Shown: positions 1 through 16,319, counted from the first letter of the stretch. The stretch: 64,000 nt of DNA from Flaccisagitta enflata (GCA_965153355.1 OZ231126.1:45756001-45820000); one strand, 5' to 3'. Notes: generated from the letters alone by a model not told the origin. Made by a program: numbers and translations.

Positions 1-7
1 CGTGCAG

Positions 8-76
<69 letters not shown>

Positions 77-621
77 GTAAAAGACCGACCGACAGTAGTA
101 AGAGACAGAAAGAGAGATAGACTGACTGACCCACCAGAAATAATATTGCGTAAACGGTACAGAGAGGTATAAAAATAATAATGTATCACAGCTTCAAAGG
201 TAGATGAAGCGTAGGAAAGAAAAAAAAACGGTTGGGCCAAGAACCGACAAAGAGGCATTGTTTTTCTCTTTCTCTTTCTCGGTGCAGTGATAAAACCATT
301 TCGAGAGGTGGTGCTTGATCCCTCTCTCGTTCGGTACTAAACCATGGGGGAGTGGGGAAAGGGAGGGAGGCTCATGAGAAAAGCACGAAGAAAATTAGGG
401 GGTGGGGAAAAAGGAGCAAAGGGAAGATGCGCGATTTATGGATGGTCAAATGTTTAAACCGAGGGATTTTAGAGGAGTTTGGGGAAACGATGATGGGATT
501 AAGGTAATCCGCGTATCTGCGAGTCAAGTGCTAAAACCCCGTGCTGAGCCCCTCGCTGCCTACTGAGCAGTGCTACTTGCTGCATACAGCTGTGCTGTAT
601 CGCCAGATAGCTCCTATGATG

Positions 622-731
<110 letters not shown>

Positions 732-1435
732 CCGCTCTTTCATCTGCGTTTTTCTGCGTTCTTTTCTCACCTTCTCACTTGCCCGTCAAAAGTCGTAACT
801 CAGGCATGTGATATGATTTCAGTCTTCAAAAAGATATGATGTGAGTAGAACCTGGCCGTGAAAGAATGTGTAAGGAGTTTCAAGGTAGCCTCAGCTCGCG
901 TTTGGTCACGAACGAGCGCGAAATTCTTTTCGCCTTTACTTGAGAATCGCGTGAGGAATACATCTTTCGGCTATTTTGGTTCTCTCATTACCCATTAGTA
1001 GTCAGAGAGGTTATTGGTCAAGAGACTCAGTCTCGAATATATATTCAAGTTACCTTTACGGTTTAAGATACGAAAGAATGTACACTTGGGTTTTGAATGC
1101 GCGGGCGCGCTCGGCGTATCATGGGTCGCAGAGTTTGGACTTTAATCCTTGCTTGACTGGCTCTACGGATGCGCGCGTTGGCTGGTGAAGCGGTTTCATT
1201 TGATGCCAAAACGCACCGTAAAGCGTAGATCTCAGCGGAGCGTAGCGGAGCGCGACGCAGATTGGCTACGTGACACAGAGTCTCTGAAACCCAAATGTGA
1301 TGGGACGTGTTAATCACCTGACGTCTCAACTGTCAATTTTGAAAATCGACCGTCTTAACAATTTATTCCTCTCCTTCGTACAAATTGAATTGACGCGTGC
1401 GTTAGAGGGGCAAAGAGATCAAGATGGGAATGACG

Positions 1436-1484
<49 letters not shown>

Positions 1485-1850
1485 TTACATAAATAATGTC
1501 ATTATCTTTTGCTTTAGCGAGGTCTTAGTAATTTCATATCTTTCCTGAGAGTCTTTTTTTTTTTAACCCGTATCACCATCGAAGACAAGCGAGAGAAATT
1601 GTCAAGTTTGTGATTCAGTATTCATTTGTCTCTTCTACTCTTCCTGTGCTTCTTTTTTTTTTTTCCGGCGTTGTGAAATGCCAATGAAGATGCGCGCGCA
1701 AGGAGACAAATTTTGTGCGTTTGTGATTCTGTGTTCATCGAATCCTCATTTTCCGCGACGACGGAATTCCGATGAGGACAAAATCCAAGGTCAAAAGGTC
1801 ACTTCAACGCGCAGCCGTGACGAATATGCCTGGTGGAAGATGCAATGAAA

Positions 1851-1976
1851 GGGGGGGGGGAGATGGCGCCTGGTGGGGAGGAGGGTGGGAGATGGCGGTG
1901 TGGGGGAGATGGCGCCTGGTGGGGATGAGGGTGGAAGATAGCTGTGGGGGGTGGGGAGATGGCGCCTGGTGGGGAG
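1851..1976 (+). repeat. G-rich degenerate minisatellite GGGGAGATGGCGCCTGGTGGGG
   Basis: Three exact units and one or two degenerate units. Confidence 0.8.
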
Positions 1977-2635
1977 TAGAGGTCCTTGGAATTAAGCGCC
2001 GGGGGGGAGGGGGTAACTATACGAGGTTGCTAGTTGAAGGATGGAGTGTGAAGGATTCGAAGATGGCGCCGAGTATCGGAGAATCGCGAATACCTTGCAT
2101 AGATTTTCGTATGAAGGAACCAGGGAAGGGATGAGAGGGGTGTGGAAGATTCGTAGTTGAGACCATGATCTGACGATGATTGGAGTTGTACGTTCCACGT
2201 CTCAATACTATATGTGTTGAAAAAAAAATGAAAAAGTGGTTTAGTCGCTCGAAAAAGATAAAGACTTTCGCCCTATTAATAATGAATTAAGTAAACCTCT
2301 TCAGCTGCCTTTTTTTTTCGATAGCACAGATCACGCTGATTCAGAACTCGAGTGATTGATGCAATTATTACTGGGGAAGCTGGCGCCATTCTAAGAATAT
2401 AAAAGGAAAAAACAAAATAGGAAGGAGTGCGGTTTTTGATGCGGCGTCGAAAAGCAGCGAACGGCGTCGCTGTACGGCGCTGTTGTTGTGTCCCTCCTTC
2501 CTCATTTCGACAATTTATGCTAATTGAATCAAAAAATCGAGGGACAGGTTCGCGAGGGAGTCAGAGAAACAGAGCTCCGTTTTCATTTTCTCTCTGTCTC
2601 TATCTAACGCCGTATATAGCTTTCATTTGACGTGA

Positions 2636-2748
<113 letters not shown>

Positions 2749-2961
2749 CTGCCTTTTGCGGTGTATCGGATATTTGATTAGGGATAACCTTGGCGGCCTG
2801 TGACAGCGCAGATGAACAGCACGCCTTCTCAATTTGAAAGGTTTATTCAGGATGGAGCGCCGTGGAGAAAAGAGGAAATATATGAACGAAATTAGGATTG
2901 GACGGAGACAGCTTGAAGGACAGAAAGGTGGTAGGAATGAGGTATTGAAGGAAGCAAGAAA

Positions 2962-3059
<98 letters not shown>

Positions 3060-3370
3060 AAAGAGAGAAAGAAGAAGACAGAATTCCGTCTAATGATAGA
3101 ATGAATATGAAGTAAGAAAAGCAGAAAATGAATTCCATTGAGTACAAAGAAATAGTCACTTGTTATTGCTAGTTTTTATCTTTCTTGTTGAGAATTGTTC
3201 ATTTTCATTCCCTAATTTGTTGGCTTCTTGATCAGGGGGAAAGGGCTAGGACGCAGTCCTCATATTGGTGGAGTTTTTCAATTCTGTAAAAGATTGACAA
3301 ACGGTATAGTAATTCCCTTCAAGCTCAACACACAACATTTCTTTTCGGTCTCTTATCTTTTTTTCATTTC

Positions 3371-3477
<107 letters not shown>

Positions 3478-5364
3478 ACACTTTCTGTCTCTTATCTCAC
3501 GTTGAGTCTAACTAAAACAGGAAAAGAGCGAGAGAAAGAAAAATCCACACCAAACCAAAAAAATATCAGCAGGCTGTGAGTTATAAATGCCCCCTTCATT
3601 TTTCTATTTGTCTTTTACCCTCATTACCGAAAAACTGACTTCAAGGTTTACCTCCTTAATAACCTAAAATCCGGCGATGCCCAGCCTCCGGACTGAAAAG
3701 GAGTCGGGAGGGGAAAACGAAACACAGCCTTAACACAATTATCCTTCGATATCCTAAATATAAAATCTTATTTGCTCCTTGAGAGCAACGCAGAGAGAGA
3801 GAGAGAGAGAGAGAGAGAATGCTCGATATGTGCTCTTCAAGAGCGGCTCAGATCAGCCCCGAACCGAGCATGTGCGTACATTGTAGAGCATCCAATCAGC
3901 GAGAACGAAAATGTGGCTAAGGGGTCAACCGTCATGCATAATCTCGAGATATTGTAGGATACCCTTGATTGAATAGAATCGGGAGATAGACAAACGGAAA
4001 CAGAGAGAGAGAGAGAGAGAGAGATGTCTCTGATGCTTGTGCACGCGCGCGCATGTACGTGTCAGCGGTCAAAAGCATACACGCGTGAGGTGACGATGAT
4101 ATGACGAAATCTGTCTCCCACCAACAAGTACATGAAATGACCAAGTATGTGAAATTGACATTCAAGAAATCGCAATGCCATGCACTAAAGGCCGTGGCAA
4201 ATCATTGAGTTCCCTTCGTCATTTCCATCTTCGTTTCCTTTCACATACTACAAAGAATGACAATGATGGAATTGATCATACGCAACTTGCCTAAGACAAG
4301 GTGACATTGAAATGGGAATGAGAATGCGAAACATATGCGACTGTCTCGTTGTTGATTTGTTGGCAGAAGAGAAATGCGCCTATCAATTCACAATTGCTGC
4401 AATGCAGAACTACCTTCTCTGAGGGGGTTGCGGAAAAAAAACAGAGAGAGAGAGAGAGAGAGAGAGATGATCTTGATCACGTCAAAAGGTTTTATTGGAG
4501 GTATTTCCTGTTTAACATGCGCAGCACAGACTTGCGCTAATCAGCGGTGTTGACTCAGGGAATGAGAAAGGCCGAGCGATTCGAAGAAGAAGAAGAAGAA
4601 GACGAGAGAGATGGGATGGAGTGAGAATTGTTAAAGGATTGACAGAAAGAAAGTTAAGAGTTGGTGGAGGAAGGGGGGGGGGGGGTTGGAAACAGAACAA
4701 GACGGCAAGCAAAGAAAGGGATCACCATTGGACGTTCTCAAAATTTTGTAAGGATTTTATGGGAAAAGAAATGTGGCATCGTTTATGATCTTTGCTTAAA
4801 AAGGTGCCCATGCACCTGCACAAATATCCCAGCTTTTATATGAATTTTTTTATCTAATTTTGTTTTTACTTTTATTCTTCCCTATTGCGGTTTTGGTCGG
4901 GAAATGGAGACAGTGCAGATATTTGAAGTGGGGAAAGAACTGGGAATTGAAACTGATTGAAATTAGATTCGAAAAAGATAAGGAAAAAAAAAGAGTGTGT
5001 CAGATGAAATTTCGAAACGGTCCTTGTAAATTCACTTAAATCTATATCTCGCGGCGCTTAGGACCGTAACTTTAAGGTTGTTAACATTTCAAATTATACC
5101 AAAAAAATGCTTTTTTTCCCATCTTTGTCCTTTTTTAATCTTATCTATCACCCATTTTTTTAGTTTTAACGACTGATAATCAGGAAAATGCCGATCCTGC
5201 AACTCATCCCAAAATTTCACTGACGGCATTGAATAAACTCACTCCCAAAGTGATCGTTAAAGACAACCTTAGCATCTCAAAATGGGAGAGATGAGAAAAA
5301 GACGAGAGAGAGAGAGAGAAATTCATGTCGTACAAGTCGAACATTTTTGTCTTTTTATCTTTCT

Positions 5365-5722
<358 letters not shown>

Positions 5723-5939
5723 CCACCATCCTGTTGTTATCTTTCCACGACCGGGTCTTTGTTTTCTTTTTCCTGTCTTGTTTATCTGACGTTTTCTTTC
5801 CCAGTTTACTTTTCTTCCTCTTTTTTTTTTTCATACTTCGTTTTTTCAACCCCCCTTCAACTTCCTCCACCCCCGAGTGCCTTTAAACGTCGAAAGCACT
5901 GATTTCTATTTCACCTCTCTTTTCCTTTTCCTCATTATC

Positions 5940-6085
5940 TTTTTTAGTCGACAACACGCAACTCTACACCCAGTTGTCTTGGTCCGTAGGTCGGTCCATC
6001 GGTCACATTTTTGGTGCGAGTGGTATTTTTTTTTCATCACGGCCTCTTCCATTAGAAGGCCGTTTGTCCGGTTTCATTCTTTTTA
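5940..6085 (+). mobile_element. Degenerate short HINE-like copy
   Basis: TTTTTAGTCGACAACACGCAACTCTACAC...GGTCCGTAGGTCGGTCCATCGGTCACATTTTTG matches the 5' part of the 8451 copy. Confidence 0.6.
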
Positions 6086-7749
6086 GAATCTAACGCAAAC
6101 GATGAAAAAATGACCTCGCTATCAACGACCACACACTTGGCGTGACATCGTTCGCGTTTCTTGTAACCAGTCACGGTTCGCTTCAGCCTCTCTACCACCA
6201 ACACCATTCCCTCCTCTTCTTACCACCACCCATCATTTTTTTCCCACTCACCGTCACCCACCAGGATAACATTTATTTCACCACTTTGTCTCTTTATCTT
6301 CACCGTTAGCCACCATTATGCATTCATACTTTCGCCAACCACCGCCAACCAGACTTCTTTTATGTAGTTATAGTCTTGATATAATATTTTTTGTTCTTTT
6401 TTTTTCTCTCTGACGAGTTTCACTTTTGTTCCGCAATCGTGGCTAGGAGAGGCCACCGACCTTTATTGATACAAATATTGTCACTATAAATGTATGTATG
6501 AATCTTCTTTTGTTTTTTCTTTTTTTTTTTCGTTATTTTTTCTTTCTTTTCGTTCTTTTTCTTTCCTTTTTATACATCGTTTATTTTATATTCTCTGTTA
6601 TACCACACGAGCATGTATCCGGTCAAAGCCATTATTTTTCTTCGTATCTGTCAAACACTCCTGTTTTCACTTTTTATTTCCTTTGATTAAATGCTGCTTC
6701 TAAGTTGGTTTTTGGGGTCGCGCTTTTTGGTCGCCTTTTTACTTGGTCGGTCATGCTGGTTGCACTCACTCATTGCCAACGTTGGTTGCCTTTAACTTAT
6801 GCTCGTAATTATTGACTTATGCTTCTTCAATTGCTACGAACCATTCTTGATAATATCGTCCTGAAAGTAATTTCCGATGACTATAATTTAGGTCGAAAAT
6901 GCTGTTTAGTTTCCCGTTCATTAATTCAGTTGTTTACGCGTTACGTAGTAAGCTTTCTTTAGTCGGCCATTGGTTGAGTGGGTGATGATCTTGGTCACTG
7001 TGATCTTTGGTCAACCTCGCCACGACAATGACATTTGGAATAAGAAGAAAGGGAAAACCGCATAACTCTCGTTATCAAACTAAATCACATTTTGAGCGAT
7101 GACTCTCTCTCTCAATTAGGATCAGGTCAATAAAAAAAGATCCGCCATCTGATCTCTGAAAAGGACGAGACTGAGAAGATCGAATATCCTTAATTTATAG
7201 AGTTAAATTGGAAGCCATTCCTCTTCTTGTTGTTTTTTTTCTCCGTCGCGAGAAATTGGATCCTTTTCTGCGGAAAAGGGATTTTTGACCGGTATATCGA
7301 ACACGTCAATGCGATGATATCTGAGTCCCTCTTTCTCTGTCTCTGTCTCTGTCTCATATTGCGTCAATGATCGGAAATCTGAGGGTACTTTAATCACATG
7401 CACTCAACAAAACAATCAGAAAAAAAAATGTGTTTATAGATATCAAAATGAATTCGTGAAAATGACTAAGCCATGACGGATCGGTACCCTCCTTCCACTT
7501 CCCGTATATCAATCTCCTCACTTATTTTCTCATTTTATTTTTCTCCTTTTATTTCGATTTCTTTCTTCTTTTACATAGGCGATGGTATCTTTGGCGAATT
7601 CCTTTAAACCCTCATGTATTGGATGTTTTTCCTATTTTCATTTTTTTGTTTCGTTCTTCCTGATTTTGTCTCTTATTTCTGTCCTTCCTCGACGGCTTCT
7701 CCGTACATGATCCTGCCTGTCTCTTTTCGCCCCTCCCAGATCCCTTGGA

Positions 7750-7946
<197 letters not shown>

Positions 7947-8445
7947 ATTTCCCCGGTAGAATGATATAGATAGAGAGATGCACGGAGTTTGCTGGTAAAA
8001 GTGTCTAGAAGGAAGTGGGGGCGGACTGGTGGTGGCAGTGCCAGTGGTGGTAATGGTTAAAGTGGCTGAGGTTATAGTGGTTGCAGTTGCTTTGGCAACC
8101 CACCGCGCGCACTCTCTCATGAATTTACATTATATCCTCGGCGGCGCGGTGAGGTCGGCGGCGGCGCGGTGAAGTCGGCGGCAAGCCGCTGCTTGGAAAA
8201 CAGAAGGTTGAATTCAGGCATGAACTCCAAATATGGGATCACGTTTGAAATCTTCAATTTCAAATGGATTTGCGGCGGTTTCAACCTCAGGTCTCCGAGT
8301 CTCATAAGTTTCACGAGTTTCCGACCTTAAAAAAAAAAAAGAAGAAAAAAATGTTTTTTGCTGTAGACTGAAATCTACCTTTTTCCACAGTTTTTTTTTC
8401 GAAAGCGATGACAGAGATTATATTTTTGCTCTTTTTTTCCCGGTT

Positions 8446-8778
8446 TACACTTTTTAGTCGCGGACACGCGACTCTACACTTTGCCGTGTCGGTCGGTAGG
8501 TCGGTAAGTCGGTCCGTCCGTCGGTCCGTCCGTCTGTCGGTCCGTCACATTTTTGAATTTTGAGCGGTTTTTGCAGTACTGCTCCTGCCCAACCGTCCGC
8601 GACTGGATTGCCGTGTATCCGGCCTTGTTTTTCTTATAATAATCAAGTTTATAAGAACGCTAGGCTTGAAATGGCTGAAAATTTAAGAACATTGTAGTTA
8701 TTTTACTAGTAGCTGTCTCTATCTCATTTGCAAGGCTTCATCAAAAAGTGACGTTCTTATAAAGCAAAAATATGTGTA
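8446..8778. mobile_element. Putative TA-flanked (Tc1/mariner-type) MITE interrupted by the HINE at 8451
   Basis: TACAC-T-run [HINE] TTCTTATAATAATCAAGTTTATAAGAACG ... CGTTCTTATAAAGCAAAAATATGTGTA gives inverted TTTATAAGAACG motifs and TACAC/GTGTA ends. Confidence 0.5.
8451..8632 (+). mobile_element. Short DINE-1/HINE-like element
   Basis: T-run, then the 5' hairpin AGTCGCGGACACGCGACT, a GTCG/GTCC microsatellite, the subterminal inverted copy GTCCGCGACT and the 3' end GCCGTGTATCCGGCCTTGTTTT. No TSD. Confidence 0.82.
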
Positions 8779-9109
8779 TCTAATGTGCCTTTTTTTCGGC
8801 ATCAGTTTTTCCCTCATCATCTGACTCATGAAGGAATTGCCCTCACTTCCGGACCACAAAAAAATAGACATTCTTTGCCAAATATACACCTTTGTTTAGA
8901 CAATGGTAATTCTTTGGGGCCTGTAGGAAGGTTGCTGCGGTTTCATCTATCTGATGTCGTAGTCGTTAGTACTCTTTTTATCCATTCCAGATGTTTTATC
9001 CAGTTTCTCCTTTTTTCTGTTTTTTTTTTCTACTTTTTTTTCTTTTATCTTGACTAGCTTTCGTATCTTTTTCTCCCCTCATGAATTTTCTCACCTTGCG
9101 AAGGTCCTT

Positions 9110-9227
<118 letters not shown>

Positions 9228-9690
9228 TATTCAATTAGGCTCGGAATAAAGATGAAAACTAAAACGCGGTCTCCTTAATTAGCTTTCGTTGTTTTCATTT
9301 TCTTTTCTTTATATCTTTTTTTCTAATCTTTTATGTAGGAAGTTTATCCACAAAAAGAATGAGAGAAAGACACAGACTCACATTAACACCTCCCCTGACT
9401 TTTCGTCTCTTTTTTCTTTTTTATATTTTCATTAAAAATACCCCCCAAAAGAACGGACCTCCCACATTCATCGTTCAACGCACACTTTCTCGTATTTTTG
9501 TTTTTTTTTTTTTTTTGTTCTTGCTTTTTTTCTCTCTTCCTGTTTTCAGCATTTTGACTTTCCTTCCGTACTTACCTTTTAAACAAGGATTGACCTCACC
9601 ATAAAGCTAAGAGCTAATGCTGTTGTTGTTATTTTTCCTTTGTTTCAAAGGTTTCTTTCTTATAACGCCTCCAGGGTCTCTCTCTGTCTC

Positions 9691-9886
<196 letters not shown>

Positions 9887-10620
9887 CTTTCCCCCTCAAA
9901 GGGAAACATAAGAGCCTAAGAACTCCTTTTAAGGTATTAAGTCGCTCTTGGAACAAAAAGAAGCTTTAAAAGGAAAATTTCCTCCTTCCGACCGCTGACA
10001 AGGTGCAAGAGAGGTATGGCAGAAAAGTGTAAGAGACGCATGACAGCCGTGTGGCAGGAAGGTATGACAGGATGGAGAACAGATAGAGTAGCACAGCGAT
10101 AAAGAAATATCTAAAGGTAACATGCGCTGAAATATGAAAGTCGTAACAAACGCACAAAGCTCACGGTACAAAGGAAAAGCAATACCACACAAACTGGAAC
10201 AACCTTTTGCTGCACGTGTACCCAAACAACTTCAGTCAGGAGGAATTTTACGAAGCGATATAAACGGGATATAAATATACGTCCCGAGAATTCATAAGAA
10301 CTGAATATGAGCAGGTAAGCAGAGAGAAAGCGCAGGAGGGAAGGTTCTTTTTTTAACGGCGAAAGATATCGTCTACCACCGCGAGGTTGAGGGATTATTA
10401 CGTCTATCTTCATTCTTATACGTACCTAAGCTTTGCTAGGAGAAAAGAGAGAGAAAGAAAAATAAAGGAAAGACAGAGACAGAGGCAGAGGCAGAGACAC
10501 GGAGATGAAGAACGCGGAACTCTTGCATAAACAGGAATAGAGATCCGGCTTAGAGATAGACGGGAAAAAATATAAGGTAAAACGTTTCATCTTTCCACGG
10601 GCAAACGCAGAGAGAGAGAA

Positions 10621-10700
<80 letters not shown>

Positions 10701-10774
10701 CAAAAGGCCAAAGAAGAAATTGAAAAGGGAGGCGCCCGCTTTCCTTCCCTTGGTCCCGATAAGCGTCCATCACT

Positions 10775-10847
10775 GAAGAAGAAGAAGAAGAAGAAGAAGA
10801 AGAAGAAGAAGAAGAAGAAGAAGAAGAAGAAGAAGAAGAAGAAGAAG
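10775..10847 (+). repeat. (GAA)n microsatellite
   Basis: Perfect array. Confidence 0.97.
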
Positions 10848-11598
10848 CTGACGAAAAAGATAGATGGAACACGAGAAAGAAACAGTATCGCACCATTTTT
10901 TCGATCTAATTCCTTTCTCCTAAGTCGAACACAATCGCCTTGTCTGTCTGTCAATCGCCAGGGGAAGAGGAGGAAGAAAGGTGGTTTCTAACTTTCCACC
11001 TCTATCTCTTTGTCTATCTCCCGTCACTTCTCCCTCTCGGCATCGTCCTGACCAATCTCTCTTTGAGCTCCCCACAAATTTTCCTTCTTTTCCTAGTCTC
11101 TTTTTCTTTCGTCCTTATACAAGAGAAACCTGATTCTTAGGCTCAGGTCCCGCCAACTCGGCTATTAAGCTTGGGCAAAAGGTTATCACTTCCATTTGGC
11201 CTCAGACGTTTTCTCGACTCCACCCGTGCCTTTTTCTTTTCAGCCGTCTCAGGTCTAGGCTCAGTTGGGATCCATATAACAGTCCTTAAAATGCAGGTTT
11301 ATACCGGTCTAAATACAACACAATGCTGATCTAATTCAGCAAGATTTGCGAAAAAATATTTTTCTTTGTAAGTCGTCCTAAGCGGGTGCATCAGTTCTGT
11401 GACATGACAGTCTTAGTTCACTGTATCCAAGACCTTATTTTCCATTTTGCGAATTTCATCTTCCACTCTTCGTTTCTTCTTCCCAGTACCTTTCCGCTTT
11501 CCCACTTTTTGCTTGCTCTTTCATCTTTTCATTCTCACCCAAGTCTTGACAGGTGAGACCAGGAAGGGGTAAGTGCCGCGACTAAGATCAGCCACGCG

Positions 11599-11709
<111 letters not shown>

Positions 11710-12828
11710 CTCACCTCAATCTTTTCCACGCGACGTAAGTTCAAATCTTAGATTTCTAGTTCAAGACTCTAGGAGAGAGGAAACCGCGCCTAAAAGCGTC
11801 TGTGATTGAGGTGCGCTTAATGGTCAAATCGCATAGGTCACCTTCACAGTTTCTCGGATTGACAGTTCCGGTCGTTGACGTTGTCGTCATCCTCGTCGTC
11901 ATCCTCGTCGTCATCGTCGTCGTCGTCGTCGTTGACATCATCGTCGTTGTGGTCATCATGGTCTGCGGTCTCATCATGATCTTTACCTTTCACTTACTCG
12001 TCCCGCCCTTAAGGCGCGTCATCAGGTCACGCCTACCTTGGTCAAGAGTCGTCTCTCTCAGCTCTCACTTCCGGCCAGATTTGAATCTCGTTTTTGACGC
12101 CCCACCGAGTCCACCTTTAGCCTCAAAATGTTCGAATCTTCTAAGAGGCGAGTCTGCCTTCGGCGTGGAATGTCCCAGACCCTCTAAAGAGACGCGTTCA
12201 CCTTTAGCCTCGAAAGTCTAAAGGTCCGCAAGAGGAAACAGATATCAAACAACATAGGGAACAAAGCCAAAGACTCAAAGATAAAGCATATCATCTCACT
12301 CCAGGCACATGACACGCTAACCACAGAAAAGGCACGAGGTACTCGACTAAGACGGTTTAGAATAGAACTTCGGAGGTTAAAGAGCGGCGTGTGATGGCGT
12401 GTTATGGCGCAACTATCCCTAAAACCCTTGAATTTGGCAAGGGACATGTCTGTCCTTGGAGAGAATGTGAGAGTGAAATAGAGAAACGGTCTACAGGACA
12501 TGAAATGAGGCGCAACTTTGGGACTCTTTTGGGAGTAATTTCGCCAAGAAAAAGAGGTATAAAGATTACCGAAGATAAGGAGCAACGCCAGCGGACGACG
12601 AGGAAGTGAGACCGAGAGAGAGCACCACGTGGCCATTCCGGTCATGAGATGGTACTGCACCGGGTAAAGAGGAACAACGGCAACTACAACGCTTCAGGAA
12701 GATACAGCGCGAAGGAAGGAAGAAAAAAAAGAGAAAAAGAGGGAAATACCTTAGGGGTCTGTTTCATCATTTTCCGTCTTATTTGTTTCTGTCTCTTCCA
12801 TACTTTTCTCGTCCTCTCTTTCGTTTTC

Positions 12829-12894
<66 letters not shown>

Positions 12895-13392
12895 TTTCTT
12901 TCTTTCTTTCTTTCTTCTCTTTCTTTCTTTCTTCTCTTTCTTTCTTTCTTCTCTTTCTTTCTTTCATTCTTTCTTCTGTTTCTCTCTTTCTTCCTCTCTT
13001 TCTTACTTTCTCTCTTTTTTTCTTTGTTCTTACCTTGATTCTCTCTTTCTGTGTTTCTGTCGGTCTTTCTTTTATTCTCGCTTTCTACCTTCCATTTACT
13101 CATTCTTTCTGTCTCTATTACATTCTTTCTTCTTTCTTTTCTCTGAAGTTCCTTCTACTTCCACCACCTCTCCTACTTTTTCCCCACCCCTTACAGGCCT
13201 TAACTCTCTCTTTCCCTCCGCATTTTCTTACATCAAGCGGTCAGCCAGTGTCATATCGTATTAGCCAAGGTGCCACGAACGTCTCTAATGCCTTTCCTTT
13301 ATCCATATCCCGCTCGCGCTCCACTCGACACCGCCTGCAACCCATTATTATTTGGAAGAGAGAGAAGAAATGGTTTGGGGAGCAAAAATGAC

Positions 13393-13436
<44 letters not shown>

Positions 13437-13578
13437 TACACGTTACGGTAAAGTGGACTGGCGCCAAAATCTCCACACCATAAAGTTGCTTTTCTGTATC
13501 TCCCTCTTTTTAGCCCATTCCTTCCTCTTTTTATTTCTCTTTCTTGTTCTATGGTGTATTTCGCTCTCTCTTTCTCAG

Positions 13579-13655
<77 letters not shown>

Positions 13656-13820
13656 TTTATCTCACTCCTGGTAGCCTTCTTTTTCCCGGCTCACCTCAGC
13701 GGTGCTCTCTAGAGCCAAGGTGGATGGTCGAAAAGATAAGTTGTGACACGTTATTACTGGATGTCAAACGCAGATGCAAGGCGGTGCCAGACGAGAAGAG
13801 AACGCCAAACCGGTGTGCAA

Positions 13821-13863
<43 letters not shown>

Positions 13864-14197
13864 AAGGGAAAGAGACAACGAGACAAACAGAGACAAAAAA
13901 TGCAACAAGGGCTGTGGCAGACCAACCAACTAGACATTGAATTCTGAATACTGAGGAGACAAAGAAAGACAAAAGTTCGCGAAGGCTCAGGAGGTTGACT
14001 TATCAAAAAGAAAGATCAGACACGAGGCGCTTCTTTGGCTTTTAGGATAATTTTCTGAGATAAAATGCACCTAGGAGTTGCCTCTTGTGCCCTCGTTGCT
14101 TAGTCTGGCCGTAAATGTTATCATTCGAATGCGAGGTAAGGAAAAAACAATGATATTGCAAACTTTAAACCAGAAGTGCCTTTACTACGCCATTACT

Positions 14198-14520
<323 letters not shown>

Positions 14521-15219
14521 GAGAGAGAGAAAGACTTCGATCAGCAGCACAAAAAGCTTTTTCCGCTTTCCCCCTTTTTGCCGTTTTTTCCGTTTTTCCA
14601 ATTTTCCTACCTTCTCTTGAAAGCTTTCCATTCCATGACAGTTGAATCTCTGTCTGAAGAAGACGAAGGAAAAACGCTGTGTAAGGGGTGGGGGTGGGGG
14701 TGGGGGTGGGGGTGTGAGGTTGTAAGTAATGGATTGAAGGATAAATCTAACCGATAGTAAAAGGATAAAGAGGTTATCGGAGGTTGGTGATATACAATTG
14801 TATGAGTTTCATACAGGATGATTTGTTGCAATCGTCACAGCCCCACGGGACAAACCTGTAGACTGTGTTGAGGGATAATGGGTAATTATCATTGTCTGGT
14901 CGGGTGGTGGTTAAGGGGTGTGGCGGGGGGGCAGACTGGTTGAGAAAGATATGATAGTATGGCACCGAAATAAAAGAAGAGAAAAAAATAAGAGTAGGAA
15001 ATTGTGAAAGGTGAAGCTCGATTTGCCGGAAAAGCGAAAAGACGATCCTCCGCGGGCAGAAATACCGGCAGAAGAAAAAAATGGCGGTGGTCAGTTTTTG
15101 CTTATCCTCTTCTTCTCAGCCTCAGTCTCAGCTGGCAGGAAATAAGGTACGGCTTATAAGGTGAGGCTCGTTTCCTATCGACCTTCTTCTTCCATTGCGT
15201 CTCATTCTCTCTGTCTCTG

Positions 15220-15371
<152 letters not shown>

Positions 15372-16205
15372 ATATGCCTGGTCAAACCTTTGCTTCGGCG
15401 TCTCTCCGTCTGATTTGATTTTCTCTTCTTTCTCTTCTATCCTCTCGTTTTCTCAAATATCAATATTTCCCAGGTGTTCGTCTCTGTTATGAGATTCTCC
15501 TATGGGTGAAAGGTGACAGGTCAAGCTCTCCAGAAGTAATTTGATAGTGGAGCAGTTGGGAATGAGTGGAAATGGTATGATTGTCGTTGTCGTTGTCGTT
15601 GTCGTTGTCCAGATTATTTGAAGAAGTGGTATCGGTAAATATGGTCACGCAATGGCAATTTGTCACCCGATTCCACGCCCACCGAGTCCACACACGCTTC
15701 ACTTTGTGACAGGCGCCTGGCGCACCTTGGTCTCAACCTCGCAACGAAGCTGACGCAAGTTCCTTCATAATATCACACGATTTCGACGATTTCGACCTTA
15801 GGAAAGAAAAAGATATCTCCCTCGTAGGCAGGGGATATTGAATAATAAAGCATTTCAATTGTTTAGCGATTCATCGATTCAGAATTTGGGTCAGATGGTC
15901 GCTTATTGGCTAGATTATCAAGAATGGGTTGTATGAAAACCATTTCTAAATACAGGGCATTAGTTTCATCAAGCAAGGTGGCAACGCATTCTGTAGTGTA
16001 CCCAACTACCCATTTCCCACCTTCCATCACCTCTCAGCTTCAACCTCCAATAATCATTCGGCAATGATAGCGTGAGGCCCAGACGACCGCCAAACAAGTT
16101 TGCCCTCAGATCCAGAAAAGGTTGCCACTCTTTTTTTCTGAGTCGCGACTCACAAACGCACGAATCATTGGGAGAGAGAGGAAAAAAAAGAAAACATTTC
16201 TATTT

Positions 16206-16319
<114 letters not shown>

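Noticed and set aside
5073-5271. Short inverted repeat TAAGGTTGT...ACAACCTTA as a possible MITE
   Set aside because: It is only 9 bp, has no consistent TSD, and has no second copy in the window.
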